Part shown: in pieces, positions 1 through 8,764 of the stretch | How the letters are laid out: each line of letters begins with the position of its first letter | Position numbering within the stretch: the stretch's first letter is position 1 | DNA from: an uncultured virus (IMG/VR IMGVR_UViG_3300023175_002299) | Taxonomy: Duplodnaviria; Heunggongvirae; Uroviricota; Caudoviricetes | Strand: one strand, 5' to 3' | Length of the DNA stretch: 20,000 nucleotides | Virus record (IMG/VR): IMGVR_UViG_3300023175_002299 | Span: 52,711 to 72,710 of that record | Notes under the pieces: model-generated | What the model was told of the DNA's origin: nothing | The model's input: the letters and a program-made list of their open reading frames with translations, nothing else | Database searches by the model: none | Translations under genes and position numbers: made by a program

Positions 1-2
1 AA

Positions 3-407
3 TCCCATAAATTTCTCAACATACAAATATGTCATACTGTTAGTTTGTTTAACGTATATTATTTGAATGATTTTGTAGAAACATTTGATGGTAATAACAT
101 TTATTTCAATTTGTTGCACTTCCCCAGACAATATTGTGTTCGTAATATGCCAGATTCCAGCAAAGATAAAGTTCGTGAGAAAATTATAAATATTCCCAAC
201 ACCGATGCCATTATAAACTTTATGATGCAAGAGGCCGAACACGATAAGTTAGACTTGGGTTTCATTGCGGTGACAGAAAGACTTGACTCAGTAAGAGAAG
301 AAGACTACAAAAAAACTTTTCCAGAATTTTATGAGATTTTAGTAGATGGCGGCATCAGAAACAGACCTTGGGAATATCCAGACTTTATTACAAAAAGTTC
401 TGGATGA
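3..407 (+). CDS. C-terminal part of a probable radical SAM protein (5' end outside the window)
   Basis: The frame is open from base 3 (SHKFLNIQICHTVSLFNVYYL...). The tail 'TVSLFNVYYL...HFP...LDSVREEDYKKTFPEF' resembles C-termini of phage-island radical SAM proteins, but the CxxxCxxC motif is not in the window. Confidence 0.5.
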   Translation, partial: SHKFLNIQICHTVSLFNVYYLNDFVETFDGNNIYFNLLHFPRQYCVRNMPDSSKDKVREKIINIPNTDAIINFMMQEAEHDKLDLGFIAVTERLDSVREEDYKKTFPEFYEILVDGGIRNRPWEYPDFITKSSG

Positions 408-2055
408 AGTACAATCTCTTAGAAAAGAGATATCTGTACTTAAAACTAATCCCAGAAAAATTTCTAACCAACCCCCTATCCTCTGGTTTGATAAACTGCC
501 CCCTATAAGGGAGTTGGCTAAAGGCGAATATCCACAAAAAAATAGTTCATCAGACCCACATAATAAAGTTTGTTTCGGCCCTACTGATATTGTTGACCTT
601 TATGAAAGAATGGGCATTCCATTTGAAATGAAAGATATTTCTGATTGGAATGATACTTACGTTGACAGAGACAACCTTTATTTCATAGAAATTGTACAAG
701 TACATGTGAACGTAGAAGACATTTTCTGTGGATGTAATCATCATGCCTTGCAGATGGTTAGAGAAAGAAAGATGGCAATGGTTTTCTGGTTTCCGCACGA
801 GGGATTTGGGATGGCATCTTTGAGAGATGTTGTCAACGATAATCCTTGGATGACTAGACTTGTTAAAAAAATTGTAGATTATGACCTAAGTGGAGGAGTA
901 CATTATTTTATCTACGGTGATTTTAATGTACAAAAAAACTTTGACAGGTGGAAGAGGGCCAATCCAGAAATAGAATTTGAATTTAAAAAATGTTTTGGCA
1001 TTGATTTTTTCCATGAACATTACTTCAAACAATATGTTTCCAGAACTTGTTGGAGATTCAATCCTTCCCACAACTTTGATAAGTACAAATCTGTTGAAAG
1101 TTTTGGTGATTATCATTGTTCCAAACATCGAGATGCTTACATCGAGTTTGAAGATTTACCAGAACAAGTTAAAAAATCTAAACAAGATACCAATAAACCC
1201 GGCTGGCCTAGATTGCAATGGGCAGACGAATATAGAGATATCAGACTTGATGAAGTTATGGCAGATGTCCCCCCGGCCACGGAAAAAGAAAGAGATTTGA
1301 TCTGCCTGAATGCAAGAGTAAGACCCCATAGACCAGTAATTGTCTCTGAATTATTTAGATTGGGATATGACAATAATAACTCTTACATTAGTTTTTTAGC
1401 CAGAGACGAGAACCCAGAAGAACATCCAGAACTTTATTGGAAGTTCAAATATTTTTATACTAAATCTGAATACAGGGAAGATACTATAGAAGATTGGGTT
1501 TCTAACGAGTGGACTGCGCCCAACACGATCATGGAATTTGAAACACAACGAGAATTTTTCTATAAATTTTGGCATAAAAATGATATTATATCTATTGACA
1601 TCAATACGGACTCGGTGACCAAAGATGATAGAAGGATCACGTTGGATCACTACAGAAAATCATTTTTTGCTTTAGTTAGTGAAACTCTTTTCGGTTTAGA
1701 TGATAGTAATTGTTTGCAGATTACAGAGAAGATTTATAAGTGTTTTGCTTATAGAATTCCATTCATGGTAGTGGGTTCACCAGGCACATTAGAACACCTC
1801 AGAGATATGGGGTACGAAACATTTCCAGAAATGTTTGATGAGACGTATGATTCTATTTTAAACCCGAAGAAAAGAATGTCACATATTATTAGAAATTTAG
1901 AAAGATGGAAAACACTAACCCATGCAGAAAAATTTAGACTGTACGAGTCGGTCAGACCTAAACTCTATAGAAACTACGAACATTTTAAAAACTGTTCTTC
2001 TGTTCGTATCGCTGAACATAGAAATATTTTTAATGAACTAAGATTATATGACTGA
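346..2055 (+). CDS. Glycosyltransferase-like hypothetical protein (phage glycosylation-island family)
   Basis: 569-aa ORF. The C-terminal motifs 'CLNARVRPHR', 'LVSET...ITEKIYK...PFMVVG..GTLEHLRDMGYETF...FDETYD' recur in GT-like proteins of aquatic T4-like phages. The start is uncertain because it overlaps the upstream ORF by 62 nt. Confidence 0.55.
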   Translation: MAASETDLGNIQTLLQKVLDEVQSLRKEISVLKTNPRKISNQPPILWFDKLPPIRELAKGEYPQKNSSSDPHNKVCFGPTDIVDLYERMGIPFEMKDISDWNDTYVDRDNLYFIEIVQVHVNVEDIFCGCNHHALQMVRERKMAMVFWFPHEGFGMASLRDVVNDNPWMTRLVKKIVDYDLSGGVHYFIYGDFNVQKNFDRWKRANPEIEFEFKKCFGIDFFHEHYFKQYVSRTCWRFNPSHNFDKYKSVESFGDYHCSKHRDAYIEFEDLPEQVKKSKQDTNKPGWPRLQWADEYRDIRLDEVMADVPPATEKERDLICLNARVRPHRPVIVSELFRLGYDNNNSYISFLARDENPEEHPELYWKFKYFYTKSEYREDTIEDWVSNEWTAPNTIMEFETQREFFYKFWHKNDIISIDINTDSVTKDDRRITLDHYRKSFFALVSETLFGLDDSNCLQITEKIYKCFAYRIPFMVVGSPGTLEHLRDMGYETFPEMFDETYDSILNPKKRMSHIIRNLERWKTLTHAEKFRLYESVRPKLYRNYEHFKNCSSVRIAEHRNIFNELRLYD

Positions 2056-3079
2056 TTATTTTACGAATGGGCCATCAATAAAATCTGGCAACAACCAGAT
2101 TACAGATTTTGACAGGGTTTTTTTCAAAAGGATTCTTGAACTTATACCAGATGATGTTTGTCTTATTGATACCACTTGGATAAATGATCCAATAACATTT
2201 CAAAAATTTGTTGATTGGCAAATTACTACAGACAAAAAAAGAGCATTTCTATATTCTGGTATGGATTGGATGAATACACACTGCGAACCAGTGTGTACTG
2301 CTGCTCATATATTTCTACAATATAGATTTGATTGCACTCATATTGGAAACACTTCTGAGGGACACTATTTCAGTTTTTGGGTTGAATTTATAGATTTTTA
2401 CAAAAAATATTTTTTTGATGAATGCTACACATCAAAACCAAATTTACAATATCATTTTATGTGTTTAAATAACAAACCCAATGATCATAGAAGGCACTTG
2501 TTAAATAAGATTTTTGAACAAGAAACAATTTATAAAAAAGGAAACATATCTGTATTACAAAGAGACGCCGGATACAATTTTGAACACCCAATTATTCTTG
2601 AAGAAAATAGACCACCAGAACTGGTAAATATGTTTTATGACCACGAAGTTTTATCTGACAAACATATAGCAAATGATATAATTTCTCTGGGAGACCCAAC
2701 GCATTGGAACTCCCACTTTGTCAATGTTGTTACGGAAAGTGCTGCTCATACAGATGTTTTTCTGAGCGAAAAGATTTTTAAACCAATTATAGGATTAAGA
2801 CCTTTTCTTGCTTTGGGGGATAGAAACTTATACCCAAAACTAAGAGAATTTGGATTCGATACTTTTGAAGATTTGTTTCCCAATGTTGGACTTGATGTTG
2901 ATAGAGATCAAAGAACTGACAACTTGGTAAAGGATTTAAAAAAGGTGTGCCTTACTCCCATAGAAGAACTTGACAGAATTTATTCTTCCATATATAATAG
3001 GTTGGAAAATAATCGTAATCTAATGATAGAATTAATCACAAAAAACAAACAATGGATAGAGGATTTGAAAACATTATGA
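2048..3079 (+). CDS. Glycosyltransferase-like hypothetical protein, paralogue of 346..2055
   Basis: 343 aa with the same motif series: 'CLNNKPNDHR', 'VVTES...LSEKIFKP...PFLALG...LREFGFDTF'. It overlaps the neighbouring stop and start codons. Confidence 0.55.
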   Translation: MTDYFTNGPSIKSGNNQITDFDRVFFKRILELIPDDVCLIDTTWINDPITFQKFVDWQITTDKKRAFLYSGMDWMNTHCEPVCTAAHIFLQYRFDCTHIGNTSEGHYFSFWVEFIDFYKKYFFDECYTSKPNLQYHFMCLNNKPNDHRRHLLNKIFEQETIYKKGNISVLQRDAGYNFEHPIILEENRPPELVNMFYDHEVLSDKHIANDIISLGDPTHWNSHFVNVVTESAAHTDVFLSEKIFKPIIGLRPFLALGDRNLYPKLREFGFDTFEDLFPNVGLDVDRDQRTDNLVKDLKKVCLTPIEELDRIYSSIYNRLENNRNLMIELITKNKQWIEDLKTL

Positions 3080-4236
3080 AAATTGGTTTTATTGGATTTG
3101 GCAAACTGGGTCAACCCTGTGGAGAGGTGATTGCAGAGAAAGGACACGATGTTGTAGCTTATGATGTTGCAACGATTGACACCGATATTGATATGCGACC
3201 AACGATCAAAGATACTGTTGCAGATAGAGATATTGTTTTTGTCGCTGTCCCCACCCCACACGATCCAGAATATGGCGGAGAGACTCCAACATATCACTTA
3301 CCACCAAAAGACTTTGGATATGGGATTGTTCAACATGTTATAGAAGAAGCAAATAATCATATGAACAAGGATCAGTTGCTTGTTCTTATCAGTACTGTTT
3401 TGCCTGGCACTGTACGCAGAGAATTTGTACCTCTAGTCACAAACACTCGATTTGTATATAATCCCTACCTTATTGCCATGGGAACTGTTGCATGGGATAT
3501 GGTGAATCCAGAGATGGTTATGATCGGCACTGAAGATGGTACTGAAACTGGTGATGCAAAAGAACTCAAAGAGTTTTATGAGTCTATTATGGAAAACGAC
3601 CCACGATATGTAATAGGTACATGGGATGAGTGCGAGTGCATCAAAGTATTTTACAATACGTTTATCAGTGCGAAGATCGGTTTGGTAAACATGATACAAG
3701 ATGTTGCAGAACAACAGGGTAATATTGATGTGGATGTTGTTGCAAATGCTTTGAGAGATAGTACTCAGAGGATTATGGGGCCTGGGTACATGAAGCCTGG
3801 GATGGGTGATGGTGGTGCATGTCATCCCAGAGACAACATTGCACTTAGATTCATGTCTGACAATCTATCCTTGGGATATGATCTTTTTGCAGAGATTATG
3901 AAAGCCAGAGATGTTCAAGCAGAAAATATGGCTAGAGCAATTTGTGAACACGGGTATGAAGTTTATTTCACTTCCGATTCCTACAAACCACATGTAGATT
4001 ATACAAATGGTAGTTATAGTCTTTTGGTGCAACATTATGTCGAAAAATTTAATACTAATGTAACCAAAGACATAGATCAAGCAGATGTTATTGTAAGAGT
4101 GCATGAGTCCGATGAAATTAATGAAGAAGAATTAGTCCCAGGCGTAGTTATTTTTGATCCTTGGAGAACGTATGAATTAAAAACTAAATCCCATATTGTA
4201 GTCCATTATGGTAATACTAGGTCATGCAAAAAATAA
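3076..4236 (+). CDS. ugd: UDP-glucose/GDP-mannose 6-dehydrogenase family protein
   Basis: Rossmann start MKIGFIGFGKLG, plus 'FVAVPTP', 'STVLPGT', 'KVFYNTFISAKI' and the catalytic 'GDGGACHPRD'. ATG 3076 overlaps the upstream TGA (ATGA coupling). Confidence 0.9.
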   Translation: MKIGFIGFGKLGQPCGEVIAEKGHDVVAYDVATIDTDIDMRPTIKDTVADRDIVFVAVPTPHDPEYGGETPTYHLPPKDFGYGIVQHVIEEANNHMNKDQLLVLISTVLPGTVRREFVPLVTNTRFVYNPYLIAMGTVAWDMVNPEMVMIGTEDGTETGDAKELKEFYESIMENDPRYVIGTWDECECIKVFYNTFISAKIGLVNMIQDVAEQQGNIDVDVVANALRDSTQRIMGPGYMKPGMGDGGACHPRDNIALRFMSDNLSLGYDLFAEIMKARDVQAENMARAICEHGYEVYFTSDSYKPHVDYTNGSYSLLVQHYVEKFNTNVTKDIDQADVIVRVHESDEINEEELVPGVVIFDPWRTYELKTKSHIVVHYGNTRSCKK

Positions 4237-5054
4237 AATGTGTTCCTACAGAACATAATACTGCATTTGGGTTGTCCGGCATAGGCGCTGCTGGTGATCT
4301 ACATTTTAATACCGTATTAGAATGGTTTCCCACTGACGAAAAAAGTTTGTATGAAGAAAACTTTTTAAAATACCCAGAAATTATGAAAAGATGGGAGAAC
4401 GTTGATATAACCTATGAAATTAACGAGTATGGTTTTCGGTCTCCTTCTTTTTATGACTCTGATAATAATATAGTTTTTCTAGGATGCAGTATTACTACTG
4501 GTATTGGGTTGCCCCTTGAAAAAACTTTTGCATATTCGATATCCAAAAAACTGGGAATGAATTTATGTAACCTTTCTGTACCAGGCAGATCAAATGATAC
4601 TTGTTATAGATTGGGGTCTTTTTGGATACCAATATTAAAACCAAAACTTGTTATATGTTTTGTAGTATCTAAATCGAGAAAGGAAATTAAAATTTCTAAT
4701 GGAAATGGAGATATATCATTTTATCACAATTTTCTTCCAGCAAAATCCGATGAAACAAAAATTTTAAATTCCGACTTCGGAGATTTTTATGCACAATGGT
4801 GTCTCAATGAGGAAAATCTAAATTATAATATGCAAAAAAATATGGATGCTTTGGAAACGGTATGTTCTAGAAACGGTTCCAAATTTTATTGTTTTGATGA
4901 GGTCTTTATTACTGAGAAATACCTCAATCCAGCTGGAAGACTTCATTTGGGGGGTTTGAAATATCGTGCTAGAGATTTACTGCATCCAGGCGAACAAGAA
5001 AACGAATTTATCACAAAAACAATTTTAGGAGAACTGGGATATGAAAAAAATTAA
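4224..5054 (+). CDS. SGNH/GDSL-like hypothetical protein
   Basis: Contains 'YEINEYGFRS', the block-I-like 'FLGCSITTG', 'NLSVPGRSND' and the C-terminal DxxH-like 'RDLLHPG'. Confidence 0.55.
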   Translation: MQKIKCVPTEHNTAFGLSGIGAAGDLHFNTVLEWFPTDEKSLYEENFLKYPEIMKRWENVDITYEINEYGFRSPSFYDSDNNIVFLGCSITTGIGLPLEKTFAYSISKKLGMNLCNLSVPGRSNDTCYRLGSFWIPILKPKLVICFVVSKSRKEIKISNGNGDISFYHNFLPAKSDETKILNSDFGDFYAQWCLNEENLNYNMQKNMDALETVCSRNGSKFYCFDEVFITEKYLNPAGRLHLGGLKYRARDLLHPGEQENEFITKTILGELGYEKN

Positions 5055-5163
5055 AAAGTTTTTTCTCGGTATAAAACAAAAGTTTGACGATTGGAAAATG
5101 CGCCGAAGAATAAAAAAGAAAATGAAAGAAATTAGGGAGAGAGACCCATTTATCTATGATTAA
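5041..5163 (+). CDS. Small basic protein (40 aa, ends RDPFIYD), missing from the ORF track
   Basis: Hand translation: MKKIKKFFLGIKQKFDDWKMRRRIKKKMKEIRERDPFIYD*. It fills the gap exactly, overlapping the upstream stop and the carbamoyltransferase start. AGGAG lies at 5027-5031. Confidence 0.7.
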   Translation: MKKIKKFFLGIKQKFDDWKMRRRIKKKMKEIRERDPFIYD

Positions 5164-6586
5164 TTGGGGGATCAGTGCTGGTTATCATGACGCAGCTCTT
5201 TCTGTCATAAAAGATGGGGAGATAGTTTTTGCTAGCCATGCAGAAAGATACTCTGGTTACAAGAATGACAAATATTTAAATGATAATTTGTTGAATGATG
5301 CTTTGCAGTATGGGGAACCAGATAAAATGTACTGGTATGAGAACCCCATACTCAAAGCTACTAGAAGGTTGTATTCCAGACAACCAAATCCTTGGGTAAA
5401 TCCAAGGTCTTATTTTGACAAATTAAAATATCAACCAACGTGCAAAATAAAGTGGGGGAATCATCACCGTAGTCATTTTGCAGCTGGGTATTACACTAGA
5501 CCATTTGATGATTGTGCTACTCTTGTTATTGATGCAATTGGTGAGTGGGTTACTACTTCCATCTGGGATAATGACAAATTAGTTTGGTCTAGGAAATATC
5601 CAAATTCTCTCGGTTTGTTCTACTCTGCTTTTACTGATAGGGTTGGATTGAAGGCAAATGAGGATGAATATATTCTAATGGGAATGTCTGCCTATGGAGA
5701 CAAATATAGATTTTCAAAGGAAATATCAGATTTACTTGCAAACAAAACACCATTTCATCGTGGAGTAAAATGGTGGAGACCAGAATTAGAACCAGAAGAC
5801 TATTTTGATGTTGCTGCTGGAGTGCAATCCGTATATGAAAAATGGTTGGGTGCTCTTTTACATTTAACAGCAGAACTAACTCGCAAAAGAGATTTGGTTT
5901 TTATGGGTGGATGTGCTCTAAACTGTCTTGCCAATAGATTGTTACCAGATTTTTTTAGAAAATATTGGATAATGCCCAATCCAGGCGATGCTGGGTCTTC
6001 TCTTGGAGCAGTTCTTGCTGGTACAAAACAGAGAGTTGATTTTAAAACTGCCTATTTGGGACACGACATCAAAGGAGAATATCCAGTCGATGCAGTACTT
6101 CATGAATTGATGACATCTGGGATGGTCGGAGTAGCTTCTGGTAGAGCTGAATTTGGCCCTCGTGCTTTGGGTAATCGGTCTCTGTTGGCTGATCCTAGAG
6201 GCCAAGATATGAAAGATAAAGTAAACTCAATAAAAAGACGACAGGAGTTTAGACCTTTTGCTCCAGTGATTAGACAGTGTGATGCACAACACCACTTCGA
6301 TGTTGATGTCTTTTTTAATTCTCCATACATGCAAGAAGTTGTTAGGTGTAAAGAACCAGAAAAATATCCAGCAATAGTACATAAGGATGGTACTAGTAGA
6401 GTGCAGACAGTAAGTTATGCACATCATCCAGAATTATATGTGTTGCTTACTAAGTGGTATGAGGAAACTGGATGTCCAATGTTGCTCAATACTAGTTTGA
6501 ACATAAAGGGTAAACCAATTGTAAATAATAGAATTGATGCTGATGTATTTGAAAATTTCTATGGAGTAAAAGTGTGTACCCCGTAA
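5156..6586 (+). CDS. Carbamoyltransferase (NodU/CmcH/TobZ family)
   Basis: Motifs 'GYHDAA', 'HHRSHFAAGY', 'IDAIGE', 'SLGLFYS', 'GGCALNC', 'PGDAGSSLGA', 'EFGPRALGNRSLLADP', 'RPFAP', 'HKDGTSRVQTV' and 'LLNTSLN'. Confidence 0.95.
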   Translation: MINWGISAGYHDAALSVIKDGEIVFASHAERYSGYKNDKYLNDNLLNDALQYGEPDKMYWYENPILKATRRLYSRQPNPWVNPRSYFDKLKYQPTCKIKWGNHHRSHFAAGYYTRPFDDCATLVIDAIGEWVTTSIWDNDKLVWSRKYPNSLGLFYSAFTDRVGLKANEDEYILMGMSAYGDKYRFSKEISDLLANKTPFHRGVKWWRPELEPEDYFDVAAGVQSVYEKWLGALLHLTAELTRKRDLVFMGGCALNCLANRLLPDFFRKYWIMPNPGDAGSSLGAVLAGTKQRVDFKTAYLGHDIKGEYPVDAVLHELMTSGMVGVASGRAEFGPRALGNRSLLADPRGQDMKDKVNSIKRRQEFRPFAPVIRQCDAQHHFDVDVFFNSPYMQEVVRCKEPEKYPAIVHKDGTSRVQTVSYAHHPELYVLLTKWYEETGCPMLLNTSLNIKGKPIVNNRIDADVFENFYGVKVCTP

Positions 6587-7425
6587 AATACTTGGATGAC
6601 GTAATAAAGATAAATGGTATTCATTTTTATGGATGTTCTTTTACTGCTGGAGAAGAACTAGCAAATGAAGAATTTTTGCCCCTAATTGGAAAATGCGAAG
6701 ACTCAGACCAACGTGAGTTATTGAGACAAAAACACGAAAAGATAGAAAAACAACTTGCGTATCCACAACACCTTTGTAATAAATTGGGAATAACTAATGT
6801 TTACAATAGAGGTCAAAGGGGCAACTCTATTGATAATATGCGATCACAATTTTTCAATGATGTAATTCATGAAAAAATTTCTGATACACATCTCTGTATG
6901 TTTGGAACTACTGGGTTTTTTCGAGAAGTTGGTTTTCATTCACTAGAACATTGGGCAGAAATTGGCAGGAGTAACATAGACGAAAGATATAGGGGATGTG
7001 CTTTCAATAGAGTCGTTCCCACCCATCACGATAGAGGGGGTGATCATGAGTTTGCTTTAAAATATTTCAGAGAAAGACACTCATGGATTCATTTTTATGA
7101 GTATATGAATAATCTCAGAGACATTTTGTATATTGCTAACAGGAATAATATACCTGTTATTTTTGTTGAGTGTCTTGAAAGAATTAATGTACAATATTTT
7201 GAAAAAGTTTATTTGAAGAAACATGAACAACTTAAACACCTTGATTATGAATACAAAGATAATCTTCTTTTTATCGAAAAAGAGATAAATAGACATATGA
7301 TAACGGATAAGGGTTTCTCTGAATATAATGATAAACATGGAGACAAGCGAATGCCCAGAGGACATCCGTGTTTACAGGCTCACATAGAGTGGGGAGAGCA
7401 TTTAGCTGATTGTTTAAAAGTATAA
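6574..7425 (+). CDS. SGNH-like hypothetical protein
   Basis: Contains 'FYGCSFTAGEEL', 'NRGQRGNS' and C-terminal 'GHPCLQAH'. It has the same layout as 4224..5054 and a GTG start. Confidence 0.5.
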   Translation: MYPVKYLDDVIKINGIHFYGCSFTAGEELANEEFLPLIGKCEDSDQRELLRQKHEKIEKQLAYPQHLCNKLGITNVYNRGQRGNSIDNMRSQFFNDVIHEKISDTHLCMFGTTGFFREVGFHSLEHWAEIGRSNIDERYRGCAFNRVVPTHHDRGGDHEFALKYFRERHSWIHFYEYMNNLRDILYIANRNNIPVIFVECLERINVQYFEKVYLKKHEQLKHLDYEYKDNLLFIEKEINRHMITDKGFSEYNDKHGDKRMPRGHPCLQAHIEWGEHLADCLKV

Positions 7426-7430
7426 GAAAA

Positions 7431-7739
7431 ATGAAAGACAATGTAATAAAGTTTCCTAATAAAAGATCATCCGAACCAACTGGATATAGAATCAATTTAT
7501 ATACAGAGGACGACATTTCAATTGTTTTGATATGCTTAAATATATCAGATGATATGGATGACAATAAGAAATGGGTTCGCAAAGACTTGCGAACTATGGA
7601 ACCAGAATTTGCCATAGATAGAATGAGGATGTGTTTGGACAGTCCAATTTTTTCCGATCCATTCAAACGGAATATACTTAGAATTATTAATTCAACTGAA
7701 ATACTCCCACTATCTGCTTTGCACTCGGAATTTTCATAA
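7431..7739 (+). CDS. Hypothetical protein
   Basis: ORF on the coding strand. ATG 7431 just after the upstream stop gives MKDNVIKFP..., a common phage N-terminal motif. Confidence 0.65.
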   Translation: MKDNVIKFPNKRSSEPTGYRINLYTEDDISIVLICLNISDDMDDNKKWVRKDLRTMEPEFAIDRMRMCLDSPIFSDPFKRNILRIINSTEILPLSALHSEFS

Positions 7740-7742
7740 ATA
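7735..7742 (+). promoter_or_regulatory. T4-type late promoter variant CATAAATA
   Basis: 7/8 match to TATAAATA at a gene junction, 6 nt before ATG 7749. Confidence 0.5.
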
Positions 7743-7748
7743 CATTTA

Positions 7749-7907
7749 ATGATAAGACACTTAACCGAAAACAAAGTATCTTACCTCTCACACCTTTACA
7801 GGGCATGGAGTTGTTCTTTTGCCCTCTTTATTCACGGATTATTTCCGTGTCTTCTCCAAGACTACGCTTCAAAAAAACTCACCTCACAGGAGGATCAAAC
7901 CCCATAG
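7749..7907 (+). CDS. Small protein (52 aa), DUF6356-like, missing from the ORF track
   Basis: Hand translation: MIRHLTENKVSYLSHLYRAWSCSFALFIHGLFPCLLQDYASKKLTSQEDQTP*. The pattern HL..N..SY..H...A...IHG.FP......AS resembles DUF6356 from memory. Confidence 0.65.
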   Translation: MIRHLTENKVSYLSHLYRAWSCSFALFIHGLFPCLLQDYASKKLTSQEDQTP

Positions 7908-7953
7908 TATTGTTATAGCCTAAAATTAATTAATCAAGAGTCAGGAAACAACT

Positions 7954-8712
7954 ATGCCAAAACGAAAATCTAATCTTCATCTGATTGAGGACAGCCAAAA
8001 TCAAAGGAACGGTTCGCCTAGTACTGGACTGAAGATGCGAATAGAAGATTTAGTTACTATTGATGCAATGACAGAAACACAGGGTCAATTCTTCTCTCAG
8101 TATCAATCTGGTTCAAAAGCAATGATATTACACGGTGCTGCTGGTACAGGAAAAACCTTTATTGCACTATACAAGGCACTAGAAGAAGTTTTAAATAAAG
8201 GGGGGTTTTACAAGAAAGTTATATTAGTACGATCAGCAGTTCCTTCCAGAGAAATCGGACACTTGCCTGGAGACGAAAAAGAAAAATCCGAAGTTTATAT
8301 GAGTCCGTACATTTCCATGTGCGAAGAACTCTTTCCCACCAAACAACAGGCCTTTCAAAGGTTAGTCGAACAAAAATATCTTGATTTCATGATCACATCT
8401 TTTGTCCGTGGACTAACACTAGACAACACCATTGTTATCGTTGACGAATGTCAAAACATGAATGATATGGAACTCAATTCCATCATGACCAGAGTCGGAG
8501 TCAATAGTAAGATTATCTTCTGTGGTGATTTCAGACAGACTGATCTTTATAAAAACAGAAACGACATGTCTGGTTTGCAGAAGTTTATGGTGATTGCCGA
8601 AAATATGCCTTCTTTCAGAATGTTTGAATTCGACACTGACGATATTGTTCGCAGCGATCTCGTCAAAGAATATCTAATTGCGAGAATGAAATACGAAGAT
8701 TCAGCCGCTTGA
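7954..8712 (+). CDS. phoH: PhoH-family ATPase
   Basis: Walker A 'GAAGTGKT', 'IGHLPGD', 'SFVRGLTLDN', 'VDECQN', 'GDFRQTDL' and 'DIVRSDLVK'. Confidence 0.95.
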   Translation: MPKRKSNLHLIEDSQNQRNGSPSTGLKMRIEDLVTIDAMTETQGQFFSQYQSGSKAMILHGAAGTGKTFIALYKALEEVLNKGGFYKKVILVRSAVPSREIGHLPGDEKEKSEVYMSPYISMCEELFPTKQQAFQRLVEQKYLDFMITSFVRGLTLDNTIVIVDECQNMNDMELNSIMTRVGVNSKIIFCGDFRQTDLYKNRNDMSGLQKFMVIAENMPSFRMFEFDTDDIVRSDLVKEYLIARMKYEDSAA

Positions 8713-8737
8713 CATTTGGTTATAAGTATAGTATGAT
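8709..8737 (+). promoter_or_regulatory. Sigma70-type early promoter with an embedded late-promoter variant
   Basis: TTGACA (8709-8714), a 17-nt spacer, then TATGAT (8732-8737). TATAAGTA at 8721-8728 lies inside the spacer. Confidence 0.8.
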
Positions 8738-8764
8738 AGGTGAATATTTGTAGGTATCTAATTT

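Noticed and set aside
185..192. TATAAATA inside the first ORF
   Set aside because: It could be a late promoter for ORF 346, but it lies mid-gene in very AT-rich sequence where chance matches are likely.
3052..3075. Longer start for the UDP-glucose dehydrogenase
   Set aside because: The family starts at MKIGFIG, and ATG 3076 gives a typical ATGA overlap.
7271..7774. 167-aa minus-strand ORF
   Set aside because: It lies opposite a fully tiled + strand gene run and has no recognisable motif or SD.
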